Shown: one piece after another, positions 49,637 to 62,976 of the stretch | Layout of the letters: each line of letters starts with the position of its first letter | Numbering within the stretch: the first letter of the stretch is position 1 | Assembly (NCBI GenBank): GCA_964016885.1 | Contig: OZ024742.1 | Location: 45,570,001 to 45,634,000, forward strand | Reading direction: 5' to 3' | Length of the DNA stretch: 64,000 nt | DNA from: Eledone cirrhosa | Taxonomy: Eukaryota | The notes under the pieces: generated by a model | Seen by the model: only the letters and a program-made list of their open reading frames with translations | The model's database searches: none | Told to the model about the DNA's origin: nothing | Made by a program: the position numbers and the translations under genes

Positions 49637-51410
49637 GTAAAAGGTAAACAGAAATAACACAATTGGTACAGTATATGGAAGGTATATATCAGGTTAACGC
49701 TTGATATAGCAGGATATACACACACACATATATATATATGTATCTCTGGATGCATGTATGTGTATGTTTATATGTTCTCTTTAAATATGTGTGTACAAGC
49801 GGGCGTCTATGGGTACGACTGTCATTATCTCTGTGCTTGTGTGTGCGCGCGCGTGTGAACAACCAAACACAGCAGTAATTTATTGAAGTGTAGCAGACAT
49901 GGGACAGCTAATGACCTGATGGTCAGTGGACTGGTACTATGATGACGTCGACAACCAGCGGCCAATCACAGGACCTGCAAAGAGGATGAAGTTTTTGACG
50001 ATACTGGTCCAGAGGGTCAGATACACCAGTGAGAGAATAGGCTCCAAAATCATTATATCCACTTTTCCATGTTGGCATGGATTGGACTGGATATTTTGAG
50101 ACAAGTCTTTACAGCCAGATGCTCTTCCTGACATCACCTCTTATGACATACACGGATATAGTATACCAATTCTAATATAAGATACTGTATATGGGTGTTC
50201 AAAAATGTTTGAAAAGTAATTAAGAATTTGGAAGGATTTAGTAATAGAACTAATTTTGTTAATATTAAGCTGGTGCATGGAGCACAGCTTAACAAAGGTT
50301 CTTACATAAAATTATGATGGAAAATTTTCAGATAAATTTCAACACTTTGTCCAACCCATGCAAACATGGAAAAACAGACATAAAATGGTGATGATGACTT
50401 TAAAATAAATAGTTTTGAATTGTAGGAACATGAGTGGTTTTGTATGAAAAGTGTTAACTAGTTATAGCAGAGTGAATATGTGAGTATATCTTTGCAGCCT
50501 GGGTGGCTATTTATGAGGTCTTAACTTTTACTTGTGATATGATGGTTCATAAACTAGCTTTTTCTACACCATTAAACACTGAAACAGGTTTCTCTATGGA
50601 TCAGAATCTTGTTATTTATGAGTCAAACTGGAAGACATCTGTTTCATCTAGTGTTAAGACATCTAGTGTTCAAAGACACATTACATTGCCTGGAGATGAT
50701 GGGAAGGAATCTGACCTCAGACATCCTGTGTACAGAACATGAAGGATGACATCATCATTACCACCACCACCACCACCACCACCACCACCACAATCATCAT
50801 CATCATCTAACACATTTTCCCTGCTAGCAAGGACTGGACATGTCATTACAGACAGGTCAGTATTTAAGCAGAGCTACAAACCTCTTAGATGACCTGGGGC
50901 TCAACATCTTGGATATATATATATATTCCTGAACTCAACTGATTGCTTTGACAAAAAATAACATTCCATTATGCTATGTATCTTTAATTCAAAATAATTT
51001 TTTTTTTTGTGAATCATAAATAGATTGTATGTAGCTATGACAAACATTATTTTATTTGTTATATACTTGTTCGAGTTCTTAATGATATATACTTGATTGT
51101 ACTTTTAATAAATCTTTTTAAAAGTGGATTTGTCACTCCTATGTTTTCAAAAGAAATATGAACAGAATAAGAATATTTGATTTTTAATCTTAGAAATGAA
51201 AATACATAGAATGATACAATAGAAAAAAAGAAGAGAGAAAGTAAGAGAAAGGGATGAGGGAGTAGCAGAAGCTACACTCCAGTTTAGGTTGTATGTTTCA
51301 GCTGCACCCCACAGACAAAATAGTAAAGGTATTGCTGCTAAGAACAGCTAGTGACACCTGCTATATCAGCCATTATACTTCCTGCTAGGAGTTGAGAATA
51401 ATAATAATAA

Positions 51411-51602
51411 AAATAATTGTTTCTACTATTGGCACAAGGCCAGCAATTACCCAGTACATTACTGGTACTTTATTTTATCGACCCATAAGGATGAAAGGCA
51501 AAGTTAACCTCGGCGCGATTTGAACTCAGAATGACAAGGGCTGTAACTCTATGCGTCAAAGCATGGCGTCCGACCCTCTACCGATACTGCCAATTCACCA
51601 CC
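51411..51602 (-). mobile_element. tRNA-derived SINE, second family
   Basis: Reverse complement of the 14367 / 17435 family. Confidence 0.78.
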
Positions 51603-51614
51603 ATAAATATAATA

Positions 51615-51960
51615 ATAAAAATAATAATAATGAAAATTATTGTGTATAGTGCTCAGGTGCACTACAACTCATCAAAGGTGCATGTATAGTACATAGAATA
51701 ATGTACAAATGTCAAGAAAGTGAACAGTGTATGAGCCATGATACACATACATAGATACATGCATGCATGTGTTTGGAGTGGAAAACGTGGAAGTTTTGAA
51801 GGATGCAGTGTCCCGACAGCTAACAACCGATGCAGGTAGTTTGTTCCATATTTCAGCAACTCTGAGTGTGAAAAAATGACATGAAATATTGTTGTTCACA
51901 GATTTGCCTCTTTTCATCTGGCAAAAGCCATGAACTTTAGAGTATTGAGGCTTAGTTAAG
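51615..51960 (-). mobile_element. CR1/L2-type LINE 3' end fragment
   Basis: HFFTLRVAEIWNKLPASVV...ASFK motif and (ATT)n-like tail. Confidence 0.7.
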
Positions 51961-52885
51961 AAGTATGCTAAAGGTTAACCATCAATGAAGAAAGAAGTAT
52001 GCTAAAGGTTAACCATCAATGAAGAACTAAATGGAGGGATTATTGTATTTATGTAAGGACTTCACAGAAACAATGAAATTCATTGAAATATTTTTGTTTA
52101 TTTCACCAAATGAACATTTTTTTTTGTTTCTTATTTGTTGAAATAATTGCCACAGTGTCTAATTAATGCTTTTTGGTGGGGATTTTAATATGTGTTATAT
52201 GTGTGTATGCATGTTGTCTTTGTATTTGTTTTGCAAGATTCTTGATGTGAAATGGTGTTCAAGCAGATATTGTTATACTTTTGGAGGGTCATATTCCCAA
52301 TAAAAACTGTCTTTTATTAGTTAGTTAGTTAACTAATCAATTCATTGGTTGGTTTAGTAACTTGATGGTTATTTAATTGTCAAAGCTCTTTCATCACACA
52401 TTCTGGGATTTTTCTCAAGAACTACTTTGGTCCTCAGTGTCTCCTTTTCAATTTTGTTCCAGTCACTACATCTTGTCTTTCTGTGATATGTGTATCTGTA
52501 TGAGTAAAATGTAGTCTTCTGACCTGAATTGTCTCATAATGTGACAACCCATCTAACCCATGCAAACATGGAAAATGGATGTTAAACAATTATATATATA
52601 CTAGACCACCTGTGACCCATTGGGTCACGTTCACTTCAAAATTTTTTTAAAAAGTCAGGTTCACTTAAAAATAATTTTTAAATAATTAAAATATACACAT
52701 ATAATGTGAAATGAAACTGGAAGGCCCATATATATATACGTGTGTGTATGTATATATATATATGTATGTCTGTGATCTATATACACTGGTCATAGACCCA
52801 CACACACATATACACACATACACACATATACACACACATATACACACACATATACACACACATATCCACACACATATCCACACAT

Positions 52886-52929
<44 letters not shown>

Positions 52930-53249
52930 CACCACCAGCTCTCTCTTTCTCTTCCATTCTCCTTCTCTGTATCCTCTCCCTCTCTCTATGTCTCTCTTTC
53001 TATCTACTCTCTCACAATCACTATCTCTTTCTCACTATCTTTCTCTCTCTCTGTTTATGAAGGTACCCGGAAAAACCCCATATCTCGGGAACTTGTGCTT
53101 CGATTTATGCGAAACTTGTTTTATTCCATTTGTATTCCCATTTCAGGGTCAACTTCCTTTCAAAATATTTTCCCATTATGCATTCTTTTGACTGTATTAC
53201 ATTACAGACTAGCAAGCAAACAATCAGATTTTTAGTAATATATAGATAG

Positions 53250-53731
53250 ATATATTTATGGGTACACAAGAGGTGTAGTGGGAAATCAAGTAGGCTAGCA
53301 AAGAACATAGACTTCATATGTGGACATTGCACAGGGGCAGTAAGCAAAATCCACCAAGAAACAAGCTTTTTTAAATGTACAGAGGACTTCATAGAACTAA
53401 TCGATAGTTTCTGCTACCTGGGAAACCAAATCATCAGCAGTTGAAGTGGATGCTCAGAAAATATAGTTGCCAGAATAAGGATGGGATGGAAAAAGTTCAA
53501 GGAGCCGCTGCTAGCTATGAAAGGTTTCTCACACAAGATAAAAGGCAAGCTGTACACCGAGGATCTACATAGATTGGAAAGAAATAAAGCTTGCATGCTC
53601 CGATGGATGTGTTACAGTAGTGTGCATGAACTGTGAAGTGTAAATGAATTGAGAATGAAACTGGGCATAAGAGGCATCGAATGCTGTGTGCAGGAGAGAA
53701 AACTGCGATGGTATGGGCATGTGATGTGCAT
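53250..53731 (+). mobile_element. Old degenerate RTE fragment
   Basis: WVHKRCSG...DSFCYLG...GWKKF...WYGHVM remnants with stops. Confidence 0.75.
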
Positions 53732-55123
53732 GTAGTTAGTTTTTTATTGTGTATCACAGGTTGATACACAATAAAAAACTAACTACATGTAAATGAAACT
53801 TCGTTTTCTTTAATATATACACTCTGCCTGTGCATTGAGTGCTTACTTTGGTACCACCACTAGTAATTCACTGAATCACTTACACTATATATACATACAT
53901 ATATACATATGCTGATGATGATCATTATATATATATATATATATAAGGTAGTAGATTATTTGTTTTATTTGGCTTGTATAACCAAAGAAGGAAGTGAACT
54001 CCTCTAAGGTTGTAGAGTGTGTTTTATATTTCAAACCAATGAAGTTAGCATGCTGTTGTTGTTATTGTACGGGTGTAGTTGAAGACTGATCCCAGTGAAA
54101 ATCTTGGTTTAGTAAGTACATAAAGTTGAGTTTCTTAAACTTGGAGCTAGGTTTTGTTTGATGTAAATGAACCCATTGCAAATGGTAGATTGTGTTATTA
54201 ATATGTTAATCATATGAGGAAGGAATATGAACTGAGAATTGACTTTAAAGAGAATGTGTTATAAGTAGGGCAATATCTTGTTGTTTGTTGCCTTTATAAC
54301 CTAAGTCTGAAAGGTAAAATCTAAAATCTGTCAGAACTGTGTTTATCTTGTGAAAATGACAACTTTCATTAAATCTCGTCTAAGTAACAAAGAAACCTTA
54401 TAACTTTGACTTTCTTTCTAATTTCTCAAACTATACAACCAACATTAATATGTTCTTGTTTGATATTGGTTAATATTTAATTAATGCCTACACCTTCTAG
54501 AATAATTAGATAATACATAGGCCATTTAATGAGGACCTAACGAACACACAGCTATGGTGAGGGATTGAAGGAATTCAGAGGCAAGACTAAAATCATGAAG
54601 TTAATGTGTAGATTATTGGAATCAAATGAAGAAATGTTAAAAGCTTGTTGTCTGAAATAGAGAACCTGTATCACAAGATATAGTGGATACAAGAGATTTT
54701 ACCTTATTAAAGGAAGTAGTTACATGTAAATTTTTCCATCTTATTTAAAATATATGACAAACAAAAAAACAAACAAAACAAGCTAGTGAAGGAGGAAAAG
54801 AAAACCAGGTTATTTTAAGGAGCCCCTCTCTCTATATATATTAGGGTGGCCCTTAGCAATAGGTAATTTTCTGCTACTCCCATCCCCTAATCCTGTTCCA
54901 ATCAACCAAAACACATGGTGTGCAACGTTTCAGCTCAATCAGACAACTGTTAGGCGACCCTCAAACAAATATTTAAAAACGTTCTGAATCAAATTTATCA
55001 ATAGTTAATTTGAAAAATTCCTGAAATAGCATGAAAAATGTAAGAAATATTAGGTTTTCTTAATAAAGTACACAACTTCTATAAGAGAAATGCATTTTTA
55101 CTTACAACAATAAGGAACAATAA

Positions 55124-57474
55124 GGTAGATGAAGCAGTCAAGGCCAAGAGACAGGCATGGAAAGAATGGAAGAACGGGGGGAGCAGGGTACATTACATAG
55201 AGACCAAGAGGGAAGCTAGGCGACAAGTATACTTAGCTAGGAGGGAAGCAGAGGATAGAAAATTCAAGCATGTTTTACAACGTGAGGACCAGAAACAGGA
55301 GGTATTCAAGATTGCGAGGCAGTGTGTCAGAGATAGTTGTGATGTCATTGGAGAGAAGTGTATCCGGAATGATAAAGGTGAGCTTGCCCTCACAAGTGCT
55401 GAGAAGAAAGATGCATGGAAGAGTCATTATGATAGATTACTAAATGAGGAGAATGCATGGGAAGAAGAGACCCTACCCCACGTAGACCCTATAGAGGGAC
55501 CAGCAGTACAAGTCAGCGGCAGCGTAGTAAGTAAGGCAATCAGAGATATGAAGATAGGGAAGGCAACCGGTCCATCGGGTATAGCTGCCGAGATGCTGAA
55601 GGCATCTGGGTCTGTAGGTCACACTATAACCACACGTATCGTTAACCAGGTAATACTAGAGGGGGCCATACCAAAAGATTGGTGCAGTAGCATCATTGTC
55701 AACTGCTACAAAGGTAAAGGCAATGCACTAGATAGAGGAAACTATAGAGGTATAAAGTTGATGGACCAGGTCATGAAAGTAACAGAAAGAGTTATAGCAC
55801 AGCTGATTAGGGACCGGGTGAATATAGACGAGATGCAATTTGGGTTTGTACCAGGGAAAGGCACCACTGATGCCCTCTTCCTTGTGAGGCAATTACAGGA
55901 AAAGTACCTAGCTAAAAGTAAGCCACTCTACTTGGCATTTGTCGACCTTGAGAAAGCCTTTGACAGAGTTCCACGTGCAGTAATCTGGTGGGCTCTTAGA
56001 AAACTAGGAGTAGATGAATGGCTTGTGAAAGCGGTACAAGCCATGTATAGGGGAGCAGTCAGCAAAGTTAGGATTGGCAATGAGTATAGCGAGGAATTTA
56101 GCGTACAGGTTGGGGTCCACCAGGGCTCTGTTCTTAGCCCTCTCCTGTTCATCATAGTCCTGCAGGCAATAACGGAGGAGTTTAAGACCGGATGCCCATG
56201 GGAACTCCTGTATGCTGATGACCTCGCACTCATAGCTGAATCTATGGTAGAACTAGAGAATAAATTCCAAACCTGGAAGCAGGGACTAGAGAGAAAGGGC
56301 CTTAAAGTCAACATGACAAAGACTAAGGTCCTTATAAGTAGACGAGAAAACAGAACCCAGATCCCCTCAGGGAAATGGCCTTGCTCAGTATGTAGGAAAG
56401 GTGTAGGTAGGAACTCCATTTTCTGCCCCAAATGCAAACAATGGGTACACAAGAGATGTAGCGGGATCTCAGGAAGCTTAATTAAGAATGTAGGATTCAC
56501 ATGCAGCAGCTGTGCTGAAACAGCAAGCAAACAGCCACAGGAAACAAGTACCACCAATCTCTGGGAGGGCCCTGTAGAAACAGTAGACAGCTTCTGCTAC
56601 CTAGGTGACCGAATTAGCAACGGAGGTGGGTGCTCAGAAAGTACAATAACTAGGGTAAGAACGGGATGGAAGAAGTTTAGGGAACTACTACCACTGCTAG
56701 CTGCAAAAGGCTTCTCCCTCAGAATGAAAGGCAGACTGTATGATGCGTGTATCCGAACAGCGATGTTGCATGGTAGTGAGACCTGGGCGCTGAAGGTGGA
56801 AGACTTACGTAGATTAGAGAGAAACGAAGCCTGCATGCTCCGATGGATGTGTAACAGTAATATACGTGAACGACAAAGCATAAAGGAATTGAGAGAGAGA
56901 CTGAGCATAAGAGGAATCAAATGCTGCGTGCAGGAGAGGCGGTTACGCTGGTATGGACATGTGATGCGTATGAAGGATGACAGCTGCATAAAAAGGTGCA
57001 GAGCACTAGAAGTTGATGGAAACCGCGGAGTGGGGAGACCCAAGATGACTTGGGATGAGGTGATAAAAGCCGACCTTACCCAACTACACCTCTCAAAGTC
57101 AATGACACACGACCGTGACTTCTGGCGTCACGCAGTAATACAGGGTACCCGACCTCCCATGGGTACATGCTGAAGCATATAAACAATATGCCCCCCCCCC
57201 CCCACCGCAAGGTGGTCGTGGAGGTGCCACGGCAAAAAAGCACCCAGCCCACACTGTAAAGTGGACGTGTAGGCGCCACGAAAAAGCACCCAGCACTCAC
57301 TGTAAATGAGGTTGGTGTTAGGAAGGGCATCCAGCTGTAGAAATCAAGCCAGATCAGTTCCTGTATGAGCAAGGCATGGTCAGCCGACCAGACACTGCCC
57401 ACAACAGGACAACCCGTCTAACCCATGCTAGCGTGGAAGAACGGACGTAAAACGGTGATGATGATGATGATGAT
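55124..57474 (+). mobile_element. RTE family A, 5'-truncated, open frame, TSD GAACAATAA
   Basis: TSD at 55115-55123 and 57475-57483; frame reads open from about 55122 to the stop at 57173; RT and PHD-like finger. Confidence 0.92.
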
Positions 57475-58000
57475 GAACAATAATTTCTATAGAATCAAAA
57501 ACATAATGTGAACACTGAATATTGAACATTATTTTTGCATACGGGGTTGATAAAATAAAGTACCAGTAATGTACTGGGTAATTGCTGGCCTTGTGCCTAA
57601 AGTAGAAACAATTATTTTTGCATAAGAGAGGATTTAGTGGCAGTTGGGTATGTTTTACGGTTTTTTGGAAAACAAATTGTTTCTCAGTTTTATCTTTTGT
57701 GAGAATGTTATAATCCTGAATGAGTTTGACACCTCTTTCTGCAACATCATTCACAACAACTGTCTTCTCAAGTTTTTCAAGTTCACTTTTGTAACCAGGA
57801 TCATCCTTCCATGTTTCAAGGGTCTTTGTCGAGGAAATTGGTGCTAATAGAAAATATTGTGAAGAAAGTTTTTGTACCAGGAGTTACAAAAGACAAAGGA
57901 AGAAAAGTCATTTTGGTGCAGAATGTACCTCTTCAGTTGATTTTTTTTTTTTTTTTCACCTTTGTCTGCTTCCAGCATAACTTGAGCAATATTTGCCTTA

Positions 58001-59890
58001 ATCTCTCCTTGCTCTCCTTTTCTCTTTGCTCTCCTTTTCTCTTTGCTCTCCTTTTCTCTTTGCTCTCCTTTTCTCATTGCTCTCCTTGATCTCCTTGCTC
58101 TCCTTTTCTCATTGCTCTTGTTGCTCTCCTTTTATTCATGCTCTCCTTGCTCACGTTTTCTCCTTGTTCTCTTTTCCTCATTGCTCTCCTTGTCCTCCTT
58201 GTCCTCCTTGTTCTCCTTGTCCTCCTTGTTCTCCTTGTCCTCCTTGTTCTCCTTTTCTGCTTGTCTCCTTGCTCTCGTCTTCTTGCTCTCCTTTTCTCCT
58301 TGCTCTCCTTTTCTCTTTGCTCTCCTCGCTCTCCTTGCTCTCCTCGTTCGCCTTGCTCTCCCTTTCTCTTAGCTCTCTTTGCTCTCTTTTTCTCTTAACT
58401 CTCCTTGCTCTCTTTTTCTCTTTGCTCTGCTTGCTCTCTTTTTCTCTTTGCTCTGCTTGCTCTCTTTTTCTCTTTGCTCTGCTTGCTCTCTTTTTCTCTT
58501 TGCTCTGCTTGCTCTCTTTTTCTCTTTGCTCTCCTTGCTCTGCTTGCTCTCTTTGCTCTGCTTGCTCTCCTTGCTCTGCTTGCTCTCCTTGCTTTCCTTG
58601 CTCTCCTTGCTCTCCTTGCTCTCCTTGCTCTCCTTGCTCTCCTTACTCTCCTTACTCTCCTTTCTCTTTGATCTCCTTGCTCACCTTTCTCTTTGCTCTC
58701 CTTACTCACCTTTCTCTTTGCTCTCCTTGCTCTATCTTTCTCTTTGCTCTCATTGCTATCCTTTTCTCTTTGCTCTCATTGCTATCCTTTTCTCTTTGCT
58801 CTCATTGCTATCCTTTTCTCTTTGCTCTCCTTGCTATACTTTTCTCTTTGCTCTCCTTGCTCTCCTTTTCTCTTTGCTCTCCTTGCTCTCCTTTTCTCTT
58901 TGCTCTCCTTGCTCTTCTTTTCTCTTTGCTCTCCTTGCTCTCCTTTTCTCTTTGCTCTCCTTCCCCTCCCTTTCTCTTTGCTCTCCCTTTCTCTTTGCTC
59001 TCCTTTTCTCTTTGCTCTCCTTTTCTCCTTGCTCTCCTTGTTCTCCTTTTCTCCTTGCTCTCCCTTTCTCTTTGCTCTCCCTTTCTCTTTGCTCTCCTTG
59101 CCCTCTTTGCTCTCCTTGCCCTCTTTGCTCTCCTTTCTCTCCTTGCCCTCCTTGCTCTCCTTTCTCTCCTTGTTCTCCTTTTCTCCTTGCTCTCCCTTTC
59201 TCTTTGCTCTCCTTGCTCTCCTTTTATCCTTGTCCTCCTTGTTCTCCTTGTTCTCCTTGTCTCCTTGTCTCCTTGCTCTCCTTGTCTTCTTGCTCTCCTT
59301 TTCTCCTTGCTCTCCTTTTCTCTTTGCTCTCCTTGCTCTCCTTTCTCTTTGATCTCCTTGCTCACCTTTCTCTTTGCTCTCCTTGCTCTCTCTTTCTCTT
59401 TGCTCTCCTTGCTATCCTTTTCTCTTTGCTCTCCTTGCTCTCCTTTTCTCTTTGCTCTCCTTGCTCTCCTTTTCTCTTTGCTCTCCTTGCTCTCCTTTTC
59501 TCTTTGCTCTCCTCCTTGCTCTCCTTTTCTCTTTGCTCTCCTTGCTCTCCCTTTCTCTTTGCTCTCCCTTTCTCCTTGCTCTCCCTTTCTCTTTGCTCTC
59601 CTTGCCCTCCTTGCTCTCCTTTCTCTCCTTGCCCTCCTTTCTCTCCTTGTTCTCCTTTTCTCCTTGCTCTCCCTTTCTCTTTGCTCTCCTTGCTCCCCTT
59701 TTATCCGTCCTCTCCTTGCTCTCTTTTTCTCCTTGCTTTCCTTTTCTCCTAACTTTCCTTTCTCCTAACTTTCCTTTCTCCTAACTTTCCTTTCTCCTAA
59801 CTTTCCTTTCTCCTTACTTTCCTTTTCTCCTTACTCTCCTATTTTCCTTACTTTCCTTTTCTCCTTGCTCTCCCTTTCTCCTTCTTTCTA
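58001..59890. repeat. 1.9-kb polypyrimidine satellite (ttgctctcc / ttttctct units, 16-bp repeat at the 3' end)
   Basis: Directly visible. Confidence 0.95.
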
Positions 59891-59973
59891 TATACAAATA
59901 CAATGAGAAAGGGGAGCAAGGAAAAATATGAAAGCAAGGATAGTAAGGATAGTATATATATACATATAATATA

Positions 59974-60433
59974 TCATCATCATCATCGTCGTTTAACGTC
60001 CATGTTCCACGCTTGCATGGGTTTGGACGGGAGTTTTCCCACTTGAGGCAAGAGTGGTTGTCTTGCTCGCATAGGACTGTCTGGCGGGTTTTCTACAGTT
60101 GGATGCCCTTCCTAACACCAACCACATTTACAGTGTGGGGCTGGGAGGTTTTTACCGTGTTGCCTACACGGCCACATTACAGCGTGGACTGTCTGGCGGG
60201 TTTTCTACAGCTGGATGCCCTTCCTAACACCAACCACATTTACAGTGTGGGGCTGGGAGGTTTTTACCGTGTTGCCTACACGGCCACATTACAGCGTGGA
60301 CTGTGTGTTTTTTTGTCATGACACCTACACGATCTCATGTTTCGGCCTGGATGTTGTGGCACCAACACAACTTTACATTGAAAGGGGCGGTGTGGATGGG
60401 GTGGGGGTGGTTGGACGGGGGTGTATTTTGTTA
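59974..60433 (-). mobile_element. RTE family B, 3' UTR and tail
   Basis: Matches 24572-25030, including the tandem duplication of about 110 bp. Confidence 0.87.
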
Positions 60434-61024
60434 TATGTATATATGTGTATATATATATTGCTCAATACCGAGTACTGATTTCTCTCAGCTGTCAACCAGG
60501 GTGGCCCTTAACAATTAAAATTTTGCTGCTCCCACAGAAAAAAATAGGTTTTTGCCCTGTATCTGTGCCCAGCTTTGCAAGTTGCCTTCCCCATTATATT
60601 TATTGTCCCTTATCCTTCTAATACCAAGAATAAGTCTGAACAAGTTTTTAATTTAAGAGAAAATTATATGAGAAAAAACTTTTATGTGAAAAAGTGACTT
60701 TCCAGGTGAAAACTTAACAATTTCACGGTCTATGAGGGTCGCCACTTGTCTAAAATTTTGCATAGATTGGTTTTCTGTTAGTTGGAACAAAATAGGGGGA
60801 TGGGAGCTAAACTTTTAGAAAGTTGAAAAATAAGGGCCACCCTAATATGCATGCATATCCTATTTTTTTTTTTTTTTTTAAAAACACCATATCCTTGGGT
60901 ATTGTAAGACGTAACTAAAGGAGTTGACCCCAGGAAGGACATCTGGCTATAAGTATTGTTTTAAACCAACTAGATCCCATCCAAACATATGGATGGAAAA
61001 CAGGACACAAAAATTATATATATA

Positions 61025-61145
61025 TCATCATCATCGTTTAACGTCCATCTTCCACGCTAGCATGGGTTGGACGGGTTTGTCCCACTCGAGGCAAGATTGG
61101 CTGGGTGACCGTGTCTCGCTCATACAGAACTGTTTCTGGCTGTAG
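61025..61145 (-). mobile_element. RTE-type tail fragment
   Basis: (cat)n-cgtttaacgtcc...ccacgctagcatggg tail motif. Confidence 0.7.
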
Positions 61146-61802
61146 GTTTAAGTTTGTATGTAAGGGAAGGCAGGTATATATATACATATATTTGTGTTGA
61201 ACACTCAAAACAAAAGGTGAAGTTAACTGCTTAATTAGTCCATATGTATATATATATCATCATCATCACCACACACACACACACACACCTGGAAGTATGA
61301 AACAACTGACGATATATATATATATATATAAAAGAGGGATTCATGGCTAAAATGTGTTTGATCTGCTCATTCATTGTCAACCTTGGCTAGATGACAACAG
61401 CAGCAGTTTGGTTTAAGACTTCAAATGGTTAAGTACATTGCTCCCTTCTTCTCACACTGACTGATAGGATTGCTGACTTAAAGGGTGGGAGTTCACTCAT
61501 GGGAAATTGATCTTTCATTTGGTTAATGATGATGGATCATTTGTCAGTTTGGACAATGAACATTGTCGTTCAATCAACTAAATATATGATTCATCTTGTA
61601 ATAATGTAAGTGGTTGAATATTCCACAGACATATGTACCCTTAATGTAATTCATAGACAGAAACATCATCATCACTGTCCATTTTCCATGCTAGCATGAG
61701 TTAAATGAGTTGTCCCATTGTGAGACAAGATGACTACGTTTTTCTCATACAGAACTGATTTTGGCTTGGTTTCTACAGCTGGATGCCCTTCTTAATACCA
61801 AC

Positions 61803-62430
61803 TGGAAGAATTGAAATCCATGAGTCAAAATCAATACGGGACCTGGGTATTGAGATGAGCAATGATGCATCATTTCATGCACACAATGCATCACCAAAAT
61901 GTTGGCAATGTGCAGACAACAGGGTTGGTTAGATTCTGAGAACTTTCATGAGAAGAAACCAGGAAACCATGTTGGTCCTCTGGGGGACCAACATGGACTA
62001 TTGCTCTCAACTGTGGTTGCCCCTCAGTGTCAAACTAATTGCAGAACTCGAAGCAATCCAATGGAACTACACCTAGAAGATTGCCTCAATGAAGGCGATG
62101 AGATACTGGGAGAGGTTGAAAGAACTAAAGTTCTACTCTCTGGAATGAAGAAAGGAGAAATACACATATGGAAGGACTAGCACCAAACTTTGGCATTGAG
62201 AGCTGGACCAACCCTCGAACAGGACACTATTGTGTCATGCTAAATGTCCCATCCTTCACATCTAGAGTAAACAACCAGATACTGCAATACTGGGGTTCAA
62301 AGGACACTAGCTCTTTAATAAGCTGCCAAAAAACCTGAGAGATCTAGATAGAAACATCTTGACATTCTGCTCACCAAGATCCCAGAGGAGCCCACAGCAT
62401 GAGATGAAGTACAAATATGGGCAACAGCGA
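61803..62430 (+). mobile_element. Highly degenerate CR1-type 3' fragment
   Basis: IRDLGIEM, DYCSQLW, LKFYSLE, LFNKLPKNL remnants resembling the C-terminus of the 3923-5845 ORF. Confidence 0.6.
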
Positions 62431-62680
62431 AACTCTGACATCAATGGCCAACCAAGGAAGGTTGGCTATAGAAAGTGTGCCCAAGCATGGGCTCAGCTAG
62501 TGGCTGGAGCAGCAACAGCAAAACTCTGACATCAATGACCAACCAAGGAAGGTTGGCTATAGAAAGTGTACTCCAGTATGGCCTCAGCTAGTTGACTGGA
62601 ACAGCAGCAGTGAAACTCTGACATCAATGGCCAACCAAGGAAGGCTGGCTATAGAAAGTGGTACCCCAGCATGGCTGGAA
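62431..62680 (+). repeat. About 91-bp tandem repeat x3 with GCCAACC/GGTTGGC hairpin
   Basis: aaactctgacatcaatggccaaccaaggaaggttggctatagaaagtg at about 62431, 62522, 62613. Confidence 0.85.
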
Positions 62681-62799
62681 CAGGTAAAAGAGTAAATACT
62701 GTTTGTAATCTTTGTTTGTCAGTGTGCATGTGTGTAAATGTGTCTGTGTAAAAATACAAATTGAATTAACACTGATATTTTGATATTAAATGTTTTCAG

Positions 62800-62976
62800 A
62801 ATTGATCATTGGAATAACGAACTGGAAAAACTTGTGATTCTCACTGACGATTCTCTGCTGATTTTCAAGTTCAATTTCATCACCCAGAAAGTTCTTTTGT
62901 ATAAAAGAGTTTACTTATATATCATCGACACATTGAAGATTGGCGATTTTGTTTATCCAAATTTCTCCATGATGCC
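62800..62976 (+). CDS. TPRG1L: Next coding exon of TPRG1-like gene: (E)IDHWNNELEKLVILTDDSLLIFKFNFITQKVLLYKRVYLYIIDTLKIGDFVYPNFSMM(P)
   Basis: ttttcag acceptor, CC|gtaagt donor, phase 2 at both ends; DHWNNE.E.LV..T..SLLI.K..F matches my recollection of the TPRG1/TPRG1L hSac2 domain. Confidence 0.85.

Larger units (their letters stand above)
54842..60844 (-). mobile_element. Deleted hAT (hATm-like) DNA transposon carrying nested insertions
   Basis: TIRs TAGGGTGGCCCTTA (54842) / TAAGGGCCACCCTA (ends 60844) with similar subterminal sequence; transposase C-terminal remnant NDVAERGVKLIQDYNILTKD (about 57660-57760, minus); flanks atatatat/atatgcat match 6/8. Confidence 0.75.

Noticed and set aside
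49935-49975. CRE-like (TGACGTC) plus CCAAT motifs as an intronic promoter
   Set aside because: Short motifs only, with no other support.
53055-53180. Possible mariner-like terminal sequence
   Set aside because: No matching opposite TIR or transposase remnant found.
58026-59784. Leu/Ser/Phe-rich ORFs of 580 and 457 aa resembling membrane proteins
   Set aside because: Translation of an A-poor CT satellite that rarely forms stop codons.
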